From NCBI RefSeq assembly GCF_009914755.1, contig NC_060927.1: 64,000 bases of DNA, one strand, 5' to 3'. The notes beneath the pieces were generated by a model, which saw only the letters and a list, made by a program, of their open reading frames with translations, was not told where the DNA came from and did no database searches. Every line of letters starts with the position of its first letter. The stretch's first letter is position 1. Shown here piece by piece: positions 29,573-43,143 of the stretch. The DNA is from the human T2T-CHM13v2.0 reference genome, Homo sapiens. The position numbers and the translations under genes were made by a program.

Positions 29573-32200
29573 AGCCTCCAAAACCCATTCCATTAACTTG
29601 GAAAATAGAAAAGCCTGTATGGGTAAATCAGTGGCCACTACCAAAACAAAAGCTGGAGGCTTTACACTTATTGGCAAAGGAACAATTAGAAAAGGGACAT
29701 ATTGAGCCATCATTTTCGCCTTGGAATTCTCCTGTGTTTGTAATTCAGAAAAAATCAGGCAGATGGCACATGCTAACTGATTTAAGAGCTGTTAATGCAG
29801 TAATTCAACCCATGGGGCCTCTCCAACCTGGGCTGCCCTCTCCAGCCATGATTCCCAAAGATTGGCCTTTAATTATAATTGATCTGAAGGGTTGCTTTTT
29901 TACCACTTCTCTGGCAAAACAGGATTTTGAAAAATTTGATTTTACTATACCAGCTATAAATAATAAAGAACCAGCCACCAGATTTCAGTGGAAGGTGTTG
30001 CCTCAGGGAATGCTTAATAGTCCACCTATTTGTCAGACTTTTGTAGCTCAAGTTCTTCAACCAGTTAGAGACAAGATTTCAGACTGTTATATCATTCATT
30101 ATGTTGATGATATTTTGTGTGCTGCAGAAACAAGAGACAAATTAATTGACTGTTACACATTTCTGCAAGCAGAGGTTGCAAACGCAGGCCTGACAATAGC
30201 ATCTAATAAGATTCAGACCTCAACTCCTTTTCATTATTTGGGAATGCAAGTAGAGGAAAGAAACATTAAACCACAAAAAGTAGAAATAAGAAAAGACACA
30301 TTAAGAACATTAAATGACTTTCAAAAATTGATAGGAGATATTAATTGGATTCGGCCAACTTTAGGCATCCCTACTTATGCCATGTCAAATTTGTTCTCTA
30401 TCTTGAGAGGGGATCCAGAATTGAATAGTAAAAGAACATTAACCCCAGAGGCAACTAAAAAATTAAATTAGTTGAAGAAAAAAAATCAGTCAGCACAAGT
30501 AAATAGAATAGATCACTCAGCCCCACTCCAACTTTTAATTTTTGCTACTGCCATTCTCCAACAGGCATTATTGTTCAAGATACAGATCTTGTAGAGTGGT
30601 CATTCCTTCCTCACAGTACAATTAAGACTTTTACATTGTACTTAGATCAAATGGCTACATTAATGAGTCAGGCAAGATTACGAATAGTAAAATTGTGTGG
30701 AAGTGACCCAGATAAAATCATTGTTCCTTCAAACAAGGAACAGGTTAGACAAGCCTTTATCAATTCTGGTGCATGGCAGATTGGTCTTGCTGATTTTGTG
30801 GAAATTATTGATAATCATTACCCCAAAGCAAAAATCTTCCAGTTTTTAAAATTGACTACTTGGATTTTACCTAAAATTACCAGATATCAACCTTTAGAAA
30901 ATGCTCTGACAGTGTTTACTCATGGTTCCAGCAATGGAAAAGTGGCTTACACTGGACCAAAAGAACAAGTCATGGAAACTCAATATCACTTAGCTCAAAG
31001 AGCAGAATTGGTTGCTGTCATTTCAGTGTTACAAGATTTTAATCAGCCTATTAACATTGTTTCAGATTCTACATATGTAGTACAGGCTACCAAGGATATT
31101 GAGACAGCCCTAATCAAATATAGTATGGATGATCAGTTAAATCAGCTGTTTAAATTGTTACAACAAACTGTGAAAAAAAGAAAGTTCCCATTTTATATTA
31201 CTCATATTCGAGCACATACTAATTTACCAGGGCCTTTAACTAAGGCAAACGAACAAGCTGATTTGCTAGTATCATCTGCCTTCATGGAAGCACAAGAACT
31301 TCATATCCTGACTCATGTAAATGTAACAGGATTAAAAAACAAATTTGATATCACATGGAAACAAGCAAAAAATATTGTACAACATTGTGCTCAGTGTCAA
31401 GTCTTACACCTGCCCACTCAAGAGGCAGGAGTTAATCCCAGAGGTTTATGTCCTGATGCACTATGGCAAATGGATGTTACACATGTACCTTCATTTGGAA
31501 AATTGTCATTTGTCCATGTAACATTGATACTTATTCACATTTCATATGGGCAACCTGTCAGACAGGAGAAAGTACTTCCCATGTTAAAAGACATTTATCG
31601 TCTTGTTTTGCAGTCATGGGAGTTCCAAAAAAAATTAAAACAGATAATGGGCCAGGATATTGTAGTAAAGCATTTAAAAAATTTTTAAATCCGTAGAAAA
31701 TTACACATACAACAGGAATCCCTTATAATTCCCAAGGACAGGCCATAATTGAAAGAACTAATAGAACACTCAAAGCTCAATTGGTTAAACAAAAAAAGGA
31801 AAAAGACAGTAAACAGTATAACACTCCTCAGATGCAACTTAATATAGCACTCTATACTTTAAATTTTTTAAATATATATAGAAATCAAACCACTACTCCT
31901 GCAGAGTAACATTTTACCGGTAAAAAGAACAGACCACATGAGGAAAAACTGATTTGGTGGAAAAATAACAAAAATAAAACATGGGAAATAGGTAAGGTGA
32001 TAACATGGGGGAGAAGTTTTACTTGTGTTTCACCAGGAGAAAATCAGCTTCCTGTTTGGGTACCCACTAGACATTTGAAGTTCTACAATGAACCCATCAG
32101 AGATACAAAGGAAGGCGCCTCCGCAGAAACAAAAAACCCGCAATCGAACATCATCGACTCACAGGAGGAATAAAATGGTAATATCAGAAAAACAGATGAA
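29560..32200 (+). pseudogene. pol: HML-2 pol (RT-RNase H-IN), frameshifted
   Basis: LPQGMLNSP and HYVDDIL (RT); RNase H catalytic TDGS changed to THGS; HHCC, WQMDVTH, KTDNGP (IN); frameshifts near 30470 and 31525, stop at 31694. Confidence 0.95.
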
Positions 32201-34112
32201 ATTGCCATCCACCAAAAAGGCGGAGCTGCCGACCTGGGCCCAGCTAAAGAAGCTGACACAGTTAGCTAAAAAAAGCCTGGAAAACACAAGGGTAACACAA
32301 ACTCCAGAGAATATGCTGCTTGCAGCTTTAATGATTGTATCAACGGTGGTAAATCTCCCTATGTCTGTAGGAGCTGCTACAGCTAACTATACTTACTGGG
32401 CCTATGTGCGTTTCCCACCCTTAATTCGGGCAGTCACTTGGATAGATAATCCTATTGAAATATATGTTAATAACAGTGTATGGGTACCAGGCCCCACAGA
32501 TAACCGTGGCCCTGCCCAACCTGAAGAAGAAGGAATGATGATAAACATTTCCATTGGGTATCATTATCCTCCTATTTGCTTGGGAAAACACCAGGATGCT
32601 TAATGCCTACTATCCAAAATTGGTTGGTAGAAGTACTTACTGTCAGTGGCACCAGTAAATTTACTTATCATGTGATAAGTGGAATGTCACTCGGGTCACA
32701 AATAAATAATTTACAAAATTCTTCCTATCAAAGATCGTTAAAGTTTAGGCCTAAAGGGAAACCATGCCCCAAGGAAATTCCAAAAGAATCAAAAGACCCA
32801 AAAGTCTTAGTTTAGGAAGAATGTGTGGCTGATACTGCAGTGGTACTACAAAACAATAAATTTGGAACTATTATAGACTGGGCCCCTCGAGGCCAGTTAT
32901 ATTATGATTGTATGGGCCAGACCCACTCGTGTTCACAGGCTCTATCTGTCTGGCCCACTAATCCAGCCTATAATAGTGATTTAACTAAAAAACTAGACCA
33001 AGTTTATAGCAGGCTAGAATCACCCTATCCATGGAAATGGGGTGAAAAGGGGATTTCATCATCCTGACCAAAGTTAGTTAGTCCTGTTGTTGGTCCTGAA
33101 CACCCAGAATTATGGAAGCTTACTGTGGCCTCATACCACACTAGAATTTGGTCTGAAAATCAAGTTATGGGAACAAAAAATCATAAGCCATATTATACTA
33201 TTAACCTAAATTCCAATCTGACAATTCCTTTGCAAAGTTGTGTAAAACCCCCTTATATGCTAGTTGTAGGAAACATAGTTATTAAACCAGATTCCCAAAC
33301 TATAACCTGTGAAAATTGTAGATTGTTTACTTGCATTGATTCAACTTTTGATTGGCAGCATCGTATTCTGTTAGTAAGGGCAAGAAAAGGTGTGTGGATC
33401 CCTGTGTCCATGGACCGACCGTGGGAAGCTTCTCCATCTGTACATATCTTAACAAAAGTATTAAAAGGAGTTCTAACCAGATCTAAAAAATTCATTTTTA
33501 CTTTAATTGCAGTGATTATAGGTCTTATTGCAGTCACAGCTACTGCTGTGGCTGCTGGAATTGCTTTACACTCCTCTGTTCAAACTGCAGAATATGTGAA
33601 TAAATGGCAAAAGAATTCCTCAAAAGTGTGGAATTCTCAGACTCAAATAGATCAAAAATTGACAAATCAAATTAATGATCTTAGACAAACTGTTATTTGA
33701 ATGGGAGATAGGCTCATGAGCTTGGAATATCTTTTTCAGTTACAGTGTGACTGGAATATGTCAGATTTTTGTATTACACCTCAAGTCTATAACGAATCTG
33801 AACATCACTGGGACATGGTTAGACACCATCTACAGGGAAAAGAAGATAATCTTACCTTAGATATTTCTAGATTGAAAAAACAAATTTTTAAAACATCAAA
33901 AGCCCAGTTAAATCTGGTGCCAGAAACTAAGGCAATGGTAAAAGTTGTTAATAGCCTCACAAATCTTAAGCCTGTCACTTGGATTAAAACTATTGGAAAT
34001 TCCACTATTGCAAATTTTGCATTAATCCTTGTATGTCTGTCCTCTCTATTGTTAGTCTACAGGTGTATCCAGCAGCTACGGAGAAACAGCGACCAGCGAG
34101 AACGGGCCATGA
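32088..34112 (+). CDS. rec: Rec (cORF), two exons 32088-32348 and 34056-34112, 105 aa open frame
   Basis: 87 codons to GTG|gtaaat; acceptor ttgttag| followed by [18 protein letters not shown]-stop; [13 protein letters not shown] intact. Confidence 0.75.
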
Positions 34113-34210
34113 TGACGATGGCGGTGTTGTCAAAAAGAAAAGGGGGAAATGTAGAGAAAAGAAAGAGGGATCAGACTGTCACTGTGTCTATGCAGAAAGG
34201 AAAGACATAA
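32088..34210 (+). pseudogene. env: HML-2 env, fragmented; furin site RSKR changed to RSKK
   Basis: [23 protein letters not shown] fusion peptide, [20 protein letters not shown]; frameshift near 32590, stops at 32813, 33065 and 33698. Confidence 0.95.
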
Positions 34211-35338
34211 GAGACTCCATTTTGAAAAAGACCTGTACTTTAAACAGTTGCTTTGCTGAGATGTTGTTGATTTGTAGCTTTGCCCCAGCCACTTTGACCC
34301 AGGCACTTTGGCCCAACTTGGAGCTCACAAAAACATGTGTTGTATAAAATCAAGGTTTAAGGGACCTAGGGCTGGGTAGGACGTGCCTTGTTAACAAAAT
34401 ACTTACAAGCAGTATACTTGGTAAAGGTCATTGCCATTCTCTAGTCTCAATAAACCAGGGGCACAATGCACTGTGGAAAGCTGCAGGGACCTCTGCCCTT
34501 GAAAGCAGTGTATTGTCCAAAGTTCCTCCCCATGTGATAGTCTGAAATATGGCCTTGTGGGATGAGAAAGACCTGACTGTCCCCCAGCCCGACACCCGTA
34601 AAGGGTCTGTGCTGAGGTGGATTAGTAAAAGAGGAAAGCCTCTTGCAGGTGAGATGGAGGAAGGTCACTATCTCCTTCTTGCCCCTGGGAACTGAATGTC
34701 TCGGTGTAAAACCCGACTGTACATTTGTTCAACTCTGAGATAGGAGAAAAGTTGCCCTGTGGCGGCAGGCGAGACATGTTTACAGTAATACTGCCTTGTT
34801 ACTCTTTACTCCACTGAGATGTTTGGGTGGAGAGAAAGATAAATCTGGCCTACGTGCACATCCAGGCATAGTACTTTCCCTTGAACTTAATCATGATATA
34901 GATTCTTTTGCTCACATGTAATTTGCTGACATTCTCCTTATTATCACCCTGCTCTCCTACTACATTCCTTTTTGCTGAAATAATGAAAAATAATAATCAA
35001 TAAAAACTGAGGGAACTCAGAGGCCGGTGCCGGTGCAGGTCCTTGGTGTGCTGAGCGCCGGTCCCATGGGCCCACTGTTGTTTCTCTATACTTTGTCTCT
35101 GTGTCTTATTTCTTTTCTCCGTCTCTCATCCCACCTGACTAGAAATACCCACAGGTATGGAGGGGCAGGCCACCCCTTCATATGAGGAATTCAGAAATGG
35201 TTTGATCAAGGTTGAAGACCTAAAAAGAGGCTTTTCTCTCGGACACCAAGTCCCCATCTCATGCGTGGTTGAGTTAGTGGAAACTGAGGATGATGCTTCT
35301 TCCTCCAGCATTGGTATCCCATGGTTTTTGTTCAGTAG

Positions 35339-35699
<361 letters not shown>

Positions 35700-36607
35700 T
35701 CCTCACTTACACTTTTACAGAAGATCTGATCATACCCACTCCGCAGAAGTCAGAATGGCCCCCACGTGGTGTTAAATGGGAGTGAAAATTTGAGTTCAAT
35801 CAACTGAGGGTGACACAGAAACATTTCCCCCAAAATGCTTTTGGCAGCTCTGCTGATCCATAACCTGGCTCCATTTCAGGGCAAGACCTCCACTTAAGCT
35901 GCACTGGCTTCCACTAGAGTAAATCACATTAACTCATGGCAAACACAACTGAAGGGCAAAAAGATTTTTTTAAAATGATTTTTGTCTCTCACTTACCAAC
36001 ACACGCTGGCCTCCCTACAGCCTGACTCCATTCAGCACCTGTTCCACTGAGCACCCACTGAAAGCTCAGCTCATGAGCTGAGATGATGCAGACATCAAGG
36101 AGTTTACAATCCAGGGGAAGAACAGAACTGAATACAAGTGATGACAATACAAGACGGAGTCAAAGAGCCCAACTTGAAGTTTCAGCAGAATAGCACCAAA
36201 GACTAGTTCCCAACCCAGCTCCCAGAGCCAGAGCCAGAGCCAGAGACAGGCTGGCTGCATGAGATCAGATGGGAGCTTTTGCAAACATAGGTCCTAGCTG
36301 AGCCCCTAATCATCAGACTGGGAGTCCCTGGGAGTGAGCTCCAGGAACTGGTTTATTTAATAAGCACCCACACACACATGATTCTGATGTTCCTAAGGGT
36401 AGTAGAAACATGGAACTATAGAAAACACTAAAAAAAAAAGGCGCTAAAAGAAACCTATAAATATTCACTACCATCCCAGGCATCATGAGGACGCTCCACG
36501 TCCACTATTTACAATACTTAGAATAACCTGCAAGGGAAGCATTCATTCATGACGATGGGCTTTATCAGGATCAGAGCTAGCCCTGGGAATGCTTGAACCT
36601 GTGCTGA

Positions 36608-36950
<343 letters not shown>

Positions 36951-37232
36951 TTATTAAGGAATTACTGGTAATTTGATTAGGTATGACAATGATCATATAA
37001 AAAATGCCCTCATGTTTTTAGAGGGAAAGTAAATTATGTAGGGGTGAATATCATGATGCAATTACATAACTACTGTAAACCATTTTTTAAATACTTCAGA
37101 AAAACAAATGGAGTAAATATTGCAAACGTTAATAGTTTTTAAACCTATGTGATGGGTATATGATAGCTCATTAAACTAGTCTACTTTTATGTATACTGAA
37201 AATTTTTCATAATAATAATAATAAAAAAACCT

Positions 37233-37537
37233 TGGCCAGGCACAGCAGCTTATGCCTGTAATTCCAGCACTTTGCGAGGCTGAGGCAGATGGAGGACTGC
37301 TTGAGCCCAGGAGTTTGAGACCAGCCTAGGCAACATGGTGAAACCTTATCTCTACAAAAAATAGACAAATTAGTCAGGCATGGTGGTGTGCACCTGCAGT
37401 CCCAGCTACTCAGGAGGCTGAGGTGAGAGGATCACCTGAGCCCAGAAGGTCAAGGCTGCAGTGAGCCAAGGTCATGCCACTGCACTCCAGCCTGGGCGAC
37501 AGACCCTGTCTCAAACAGACAAACAAGCAAACAAAAA
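37233..37537 (+). mobile_element. AluJ
   Basis: ttgagcccaggagtttgag, ggtcaaggctgcagtgagcc. Confidence 0.9.
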
Positions 37538-38446
37538 CTCTCTTGATCCCATTTCCCAAAAAAAATGATTTTTTTGACATGTTACCATCTCCTGTCTTGG
37601 TGCAGAGTACAGGAAATCAAGACAAAGTATAGTACACAAGGAATAAGGAGGGAGGGAAGTGTGGGGGAGGCTGACACTGTGGATTCTCCCAGCTCAGTCG
37701 ACCCATGCACTTTGCTTCATGGAAGAAAGGAATGGAAGATGAATCCCGCCTTTAACACACAGTGACCTTCCTCACTAGTAAATGTGCCTCCAAAAGTGTC
37801 CAAGAACTCAGTGCCAGAGCCAGGCTGGCTGCATGAGAATCACCTGCAAGCTTTTGCAAATATAGGCCCCTACTGGGTCCAAATGTATTCATCTCTTGTA
37901 GAGGAGGAGAAAGGCAGAACCAGGAAAAGGATGGGAAGAGACCAGCCTTGTGCACAGGAGGATGCTGGGATTCCTCCTGCGCGTTTAGCGCAATGCAGCC
38001 TATTTTACAAGGTCACAGAAGCTCAAAGAGGTAAACCTGCCCAGGTTCTCATAGTTTGTAACTGGCAAAACCTGCCCAAATCTCTGTCTCTAGAGATATT
38101 TCCACTTGCTTCAACTCTGGAGCTGTCTTAGTTGTAAAGATGACAGATTCCACTCATCACTCACTTTTGTTTGCAGATATTGCCTAAGGTCTCTTGTGAA
38201 TATTTAGGTCAGGGCTGTTTTTTTGAGTTTTTTGTTTGTTTGTTTCTTGGTTTTTTTACAAAGCAATCTTGTGGAAAGAACCCAAAGTGGCTCCCCCATT
38301 TAAGATCCTATAAACAGGGAGACCAGAGTCTGGAGTCCTAGTCTGGTTTCCACACCTTCCTTAGATTTCCCTGTGTGTAAAATCCAACAACAATCTTTGA
38401 CAAATTACCTCCCCTAGGGGGGAGATGGAGGAAGTGTTAACTTTGC

Positions 38447-38752
38447 TTTTTTTTTTTTTTTTTCTATTTTCAGACAGAGCCTCGCTCTGTCGCCCAGGCT
38501 GGAGTGCAGTGGCGCCATCTCAGCTCACTGCAACCTCTGCCTCCTGAGCTCAAATGATTCTTCTGCCTCAGCCTACTGAGTAGCTGGGACTACAGGCAGA
38601 TGCCACCACACCTGGCTAATTTTTGTATTTTTAGTAGAGATGGGGTTTCACATATTGGCCAGGCTGGTATCGAACTCCTGGCCTCAAGTGATCCACCCCC
38701 CTTCAGCCTCTCAAAGTGCTAGGACCACAGGCATGAGCCACCATGCCCAGCC
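38447..38752 (-). mobile_element. AluS
   Basis: Reverse dimer; TSD actttgct. Confidence 0.92.
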
Positions 38753-39675
38753 ACTTTGCTATTTTTTTTTAATAGACAGCTTCGAGGTCCAGTATGATTT
38801 CACAGATTAGGAAACATCACAGGCAAAGAAGAACACTTTGCATTCAAACAGCAGAATGTTTTCATTTTCAAAGAGCTCTCACCTGCCATCTAATCTTGTC
38901 TTCCTAGCAGTCCTGGGAGAGAAGCAGATGTGGTTTCCAATCCTACTTTCCAGAAGAGGAGACTGAGGAAGAGGCTTTGCAGATACACAGAGGACATGTG
39001 TGGACAGGTGAAGGTCATGATCATTGTCAGCCTCCTCCCCCAACTTGACATTCCCAGATCTGGTGGACTTCCAGCCAGAGGAGACAGAAGGACTGGATCA
39101 CTCAACTCTGCCATGGGTGCCAGGACCAAATTTTTCCCTGGCTAACTCGGTCACATCCCGTCTGGGATCTCCAACTACTACCCATCCAACAGGTCTCAGC
39201 TAAAACAGCAGTTCAACAAGGAACTTTTTTCTGAGGCTACAGGATTGGGCCAGGCCCTCTCCATGGCTCTCTGCCTTCCCTCTACTGAAGAACTTAGCAC
39301 CTATATGTCACTATTGGTTCAAACATGTGTCTTTCGTATGCTCTCCATGTCATCTGCAGCATCTGCCAAGAATAATAATGAATGGTAAAACCTAATCTCT
39401 ATTGAGTGTCGATGATGCACTTTTAACGTGACATCTTATTTAATCCTCACTATATCTGCAAGAGTAGAAGCTATTAATAGCCAATTTTCAGGTAAGAAAA
39501 TCAAAGCACAGTTTCTATAACTCACCCAAGCAGCTAACTAGGAGGCAGCTCAGTTTGAGCCCAGGGAATCATATTCTAGAGACCGTGTTCTCAATTACTA
39601 GAGCAGGTACCTCCCCCAGAATCTAGCAGGTGGTTAACGAGTCTTTGTGGAATAAATGAACAGAAGGACAAGCAG

Positions 39676-40110
39676 ATGGATGGATACATAGGTGGGTGGG
39701 TGGATAGATGGGTGGATGGAAAGATGGATGGGTGGGCAGATGGGTGAATGAATGGATGGTTGAGTCGGTGAAGGGATGGCTGAGTGGGTGGAGAAATGGA
39801 TGAGTGGGTGAGGGGGTGGAGGGATAGATAAATGGATGGACCGGTGGGTGGATAGATGGGTAGATGAGTGAATGGGTGGATAGATGCATGGTGAGTGGAT
39901 GGATAGATGGGTTGGTGGGTGGGTAGGTGGATAATAGTTAGGTGCATAAGAGAGTGGGTTGGATAGATAGATGGGTGAGTTGGATAGATAGATGGGTGGG
40001 TTGGATAGATAGATGGGTGGGTGGGTGGATGGATGTATGCATGTCTGGATGGATGGATGGATGGATGGATGGAAGGAAGGGTGGACGGATGGATGGACAG
40101 ATGAACAGAT
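39676..40110. repeat. Degenerate (TGGA/TGGG/TAGA)n low-complexity repeat
   Basis: gatggatggatagatgggtgggtgg...; explains the HPSI-type minus-strand ORFs. Confidence 0.95.
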
Positions 40111-41973
40111 GGACTTGAGCATTTATTCGGGGTCCTCCAAATAATTGATTGATTTCCTAGGGTGTCTCATCACCTGTAGGTGGGTGGGCAAGGGGGCTTG
40201 CCTCTGTAATACTCATGGTTATGGGTAGTGCTCAGCCTTAGTCACCACTCTCAGAACACTTTATTGACTAGGAAAGTCAAAACTGGCATTGGCAACTAAT
40301 GCAAATTACAGGTATAACTAAAAGAAGATGGTGAGCTGATGACAGCTGAGCAACCAATAATCAATAACTTGGCTGTGTCATGTTACTGCTATGCTGGGCT
40401 GGTAGAGCCAGGGGTTCCTTAATCCCTCCATCACATTGAGGATGCTTATCAAGACTTCCCCAAACATGGGGACAGGGATCTTATCAAACACTTGCAGTTC
40501 ACCCCAAAAGGCTCACCCTCTTCGTTCCACCTGCACATGACCTTCAGCTCAAAGACATTTCCAGTCCTCCAGGTCAGCCCTTCTTCCCGCCTTTGAATTA
40601 ACCCTGATGACTGCCTGCCCATTAGGTATCTTCACCTTTCATCACACAGCCTTTTCCAAGGCTTTCCTTCAGTCCAGCCCTCACTAAACGCTGGAACTCT
40701 TGTTGACAAAATCCAGAACAAGCTGGCTGGGGGATACAGGTGGGAAGCAGGCTGTAGTAATGGGGAAAAATTCTAAGCAATCTCGAACACAGAAAAGCAA
40801 CTGAACAGGTAAGAGAGAGGCAGTCAAGAGAAGAAGTGTTAATTTTGCATAACTGAAGCTGAAGAAGATCAGAGGGGCATGGCAGACCACAAGATAAATA
40901 TGAGATAGACTCCTTTTTAAAAAAGTATAAACACCCACCCTTTCCTATTGACAACTGTGCTTCAAATATTGCTAAGGTCTTAACTAAAGGCGAGTCAGAA
41001 AAACTGAGTATTTTAGGTAATACAGTAAGAAGGCCCATAGGCAAGCATGTCCCTGACACCACCTTCTAGGATAACCCCTGGGATTCTGGTTACACCTGTC
41101 CTAAAGTTGTCTCTCACTCCTGCCATTGGAGAGCTACCATGAGAGAAGAACCATAGTGAATTGGTTAAGAGTGTGCACCCAGCGACCAGCCAGATGGCTT
41201 CAAACCATCACTACCTAATACTGAGCAAGTTACATAATGTTCCTGAGCCTCAACTTTCTCATCTGTAAAATGGGTATGACATCATTCATTAATCAAATTA
41301 TAGGTGAGCATATACTAAACACCAGAGAAACAAATGAGAATCAGGAACAGCCATGGCCCTGGTCCTCATGGTGACCACAGTCTTGAAGGGGAAGGATGAC
41401 ATGCACAGAAATAGGAATCCATAGCTGAGCTAGTGTCTACCACAGAGAGGCACCTCGTGTCATGAAAGCAGATAACAGGGGGTTGCTGTGACTGAGTCAG
41501 TGTGGCCAGGCGTCCCTGAGGATGTAGTGACTCCACTGTCAGATGAGACTGTGACCAGGTGAAGAGGCAGGGAGAGGGAAAATCTTTCTAGGCAGAAAGA
41601 GCAGGATGTGCAAAGGCCCTGTGGCAGGAAAAGAGCAAAGGAAGTGCAAGAGCCTGAAAGAGGCCAGAGAGAACAAGTGAACATGTGGATAATCACAGCA
41701 CCCACCTCATACAGGACTTGCAAGAAATTGAGACCCTGTCTGTAACAGATTCAGCAATGACTAAATAGAAACTATCTCCTAAAAGCACAGGATGAGGCTC
41801 CTTGGTGGTATTTCCCATGTGAGGCTGCCATGGACTCAGAGGCCAAGTTCAACCTGCCTGTAGACAACCTCCAAGCCAGCTGGACACACATACACCCTCA
41901 GGCTCAGGATACCCAGGACAGAGTCCTGGATGCTTGAAGTCATGATAAGTATCCAGAATGACACAGAATTCCA

Positions 41974-42263
<290 letters not shown>

Positions 42264-42974
42264 GAATGACACAGAATTTGCTAAAGGGGGAGAAAGGGCT
42301 TTCTTCCAAAGCTGGGCCTGGTTTCTACAGAGAGTCTTCCAGATGAAAATTAAGCAGCTCTTCTCAAGCACCTCAGAGGAGAACCCCTCACCCTGATGAA
42401 TCAGGCACACAGGCGGATCCAAGACAATTGGCTGTGTGCGTGTGAACAAGCCTATGGTGGAAATGCAGTGCTTTATTTGTTTGGGGTGGTTTAATCACCA
42501 GGAGGGAGAAGCTTCTAAAGCAGCATTCAGAGGTGGCTGTTGCCTGGGTTTTCTGGAAGGGGGAGGTGGTGAGGATGAGGGCTTCCATTTCATCTGCAGG
42601 TCCCTTGCAGAAGGAGCTGGGGAAAGCTTTGCAGCCATCTGCACACTGTTTGCCATCTTGTCTGACTGGGCAGCCGAGCTCCAGATGGGGGCGGATGGGA
42701 TAGCTCTTGCCACCGTATTTGGAGAGAGATGGCAGGGAAGTCAGCCCCCATGAAGAAGACAGGAGCACACAGGTGCTGGACAGTGCTGTCTAGGCCCCTG
42801 GGGCTGAAGTGTCCAACCCCGCAGCCTCTAGGTGCCACTAAAGCAGCCCAAGAGGGTCTTCTCTGTCCATCTCCATCCTGGCACCTACAGACACTTGGAG
42901 AGAGTCCTTCACATGGGAACTCGCAAATGCACACTGATAACCCCCACACGGAACTTTCATATGTAGCAAGTGAA

Positions 42975-43143
42975 AAGACAGGATGCCAGTTAAACTTGAA
43001 TTTCAGATAAACAACAAATCATTTTTTAGGGTAAGCAGGTCCCAAATATTGCATGGGATATATTTGCACCAAAAAAAAAAAAAAAGGTTAATGAGAAACT
43101 CAGGTTTAATTGGACCTCCTGTATTTTACCTGGCAAGCCTTAC
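42975..43143. mobile_element. MER53 palindromic DNA-transposon MITE, diverged
   Basis: acaggatgccagttaaacttgaatttcagataaac...gtcccaaatattgcatggga...cctgtattttacctggcaagcc. Confidence 0.75.

Larger units (their letters stand above)
26561..35180 (+). mobile_element. HERV-K(HML-2) type-2 provirus, old LTR5A-like lineage; 5' LTR reduced to 69 bp of U5 (26561-26629); 3' LTR 34150-35180
   Basis: U5-PBS-leader-gag-pro-pol-env-PPT-LTR order; env N-terminus [12 protein letters not shown]...[11 protein letters not shown] shows no 292-bp type-1 deletion; 1031-bp 3' LTR tgtagagaaaag...ccaccccttca. Confidence 0.97.

Noticed and set aside
32088-32140. Np9 coding capacity
   Set aside because: The provirus is type 2 (no 292-bp deletion), so the Np9 donor context is absent
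39591-40122. His/Pro/Ser/Ile-rich ORFs
   Set aside because: Translation of the (TGGA)n complement
42975-43143. miR-1302-type microRNA from MER53
   Set aside because: The hairpin arms are degraded and interrupted by an A-run; the seed region differs from the mature sequence as recalled
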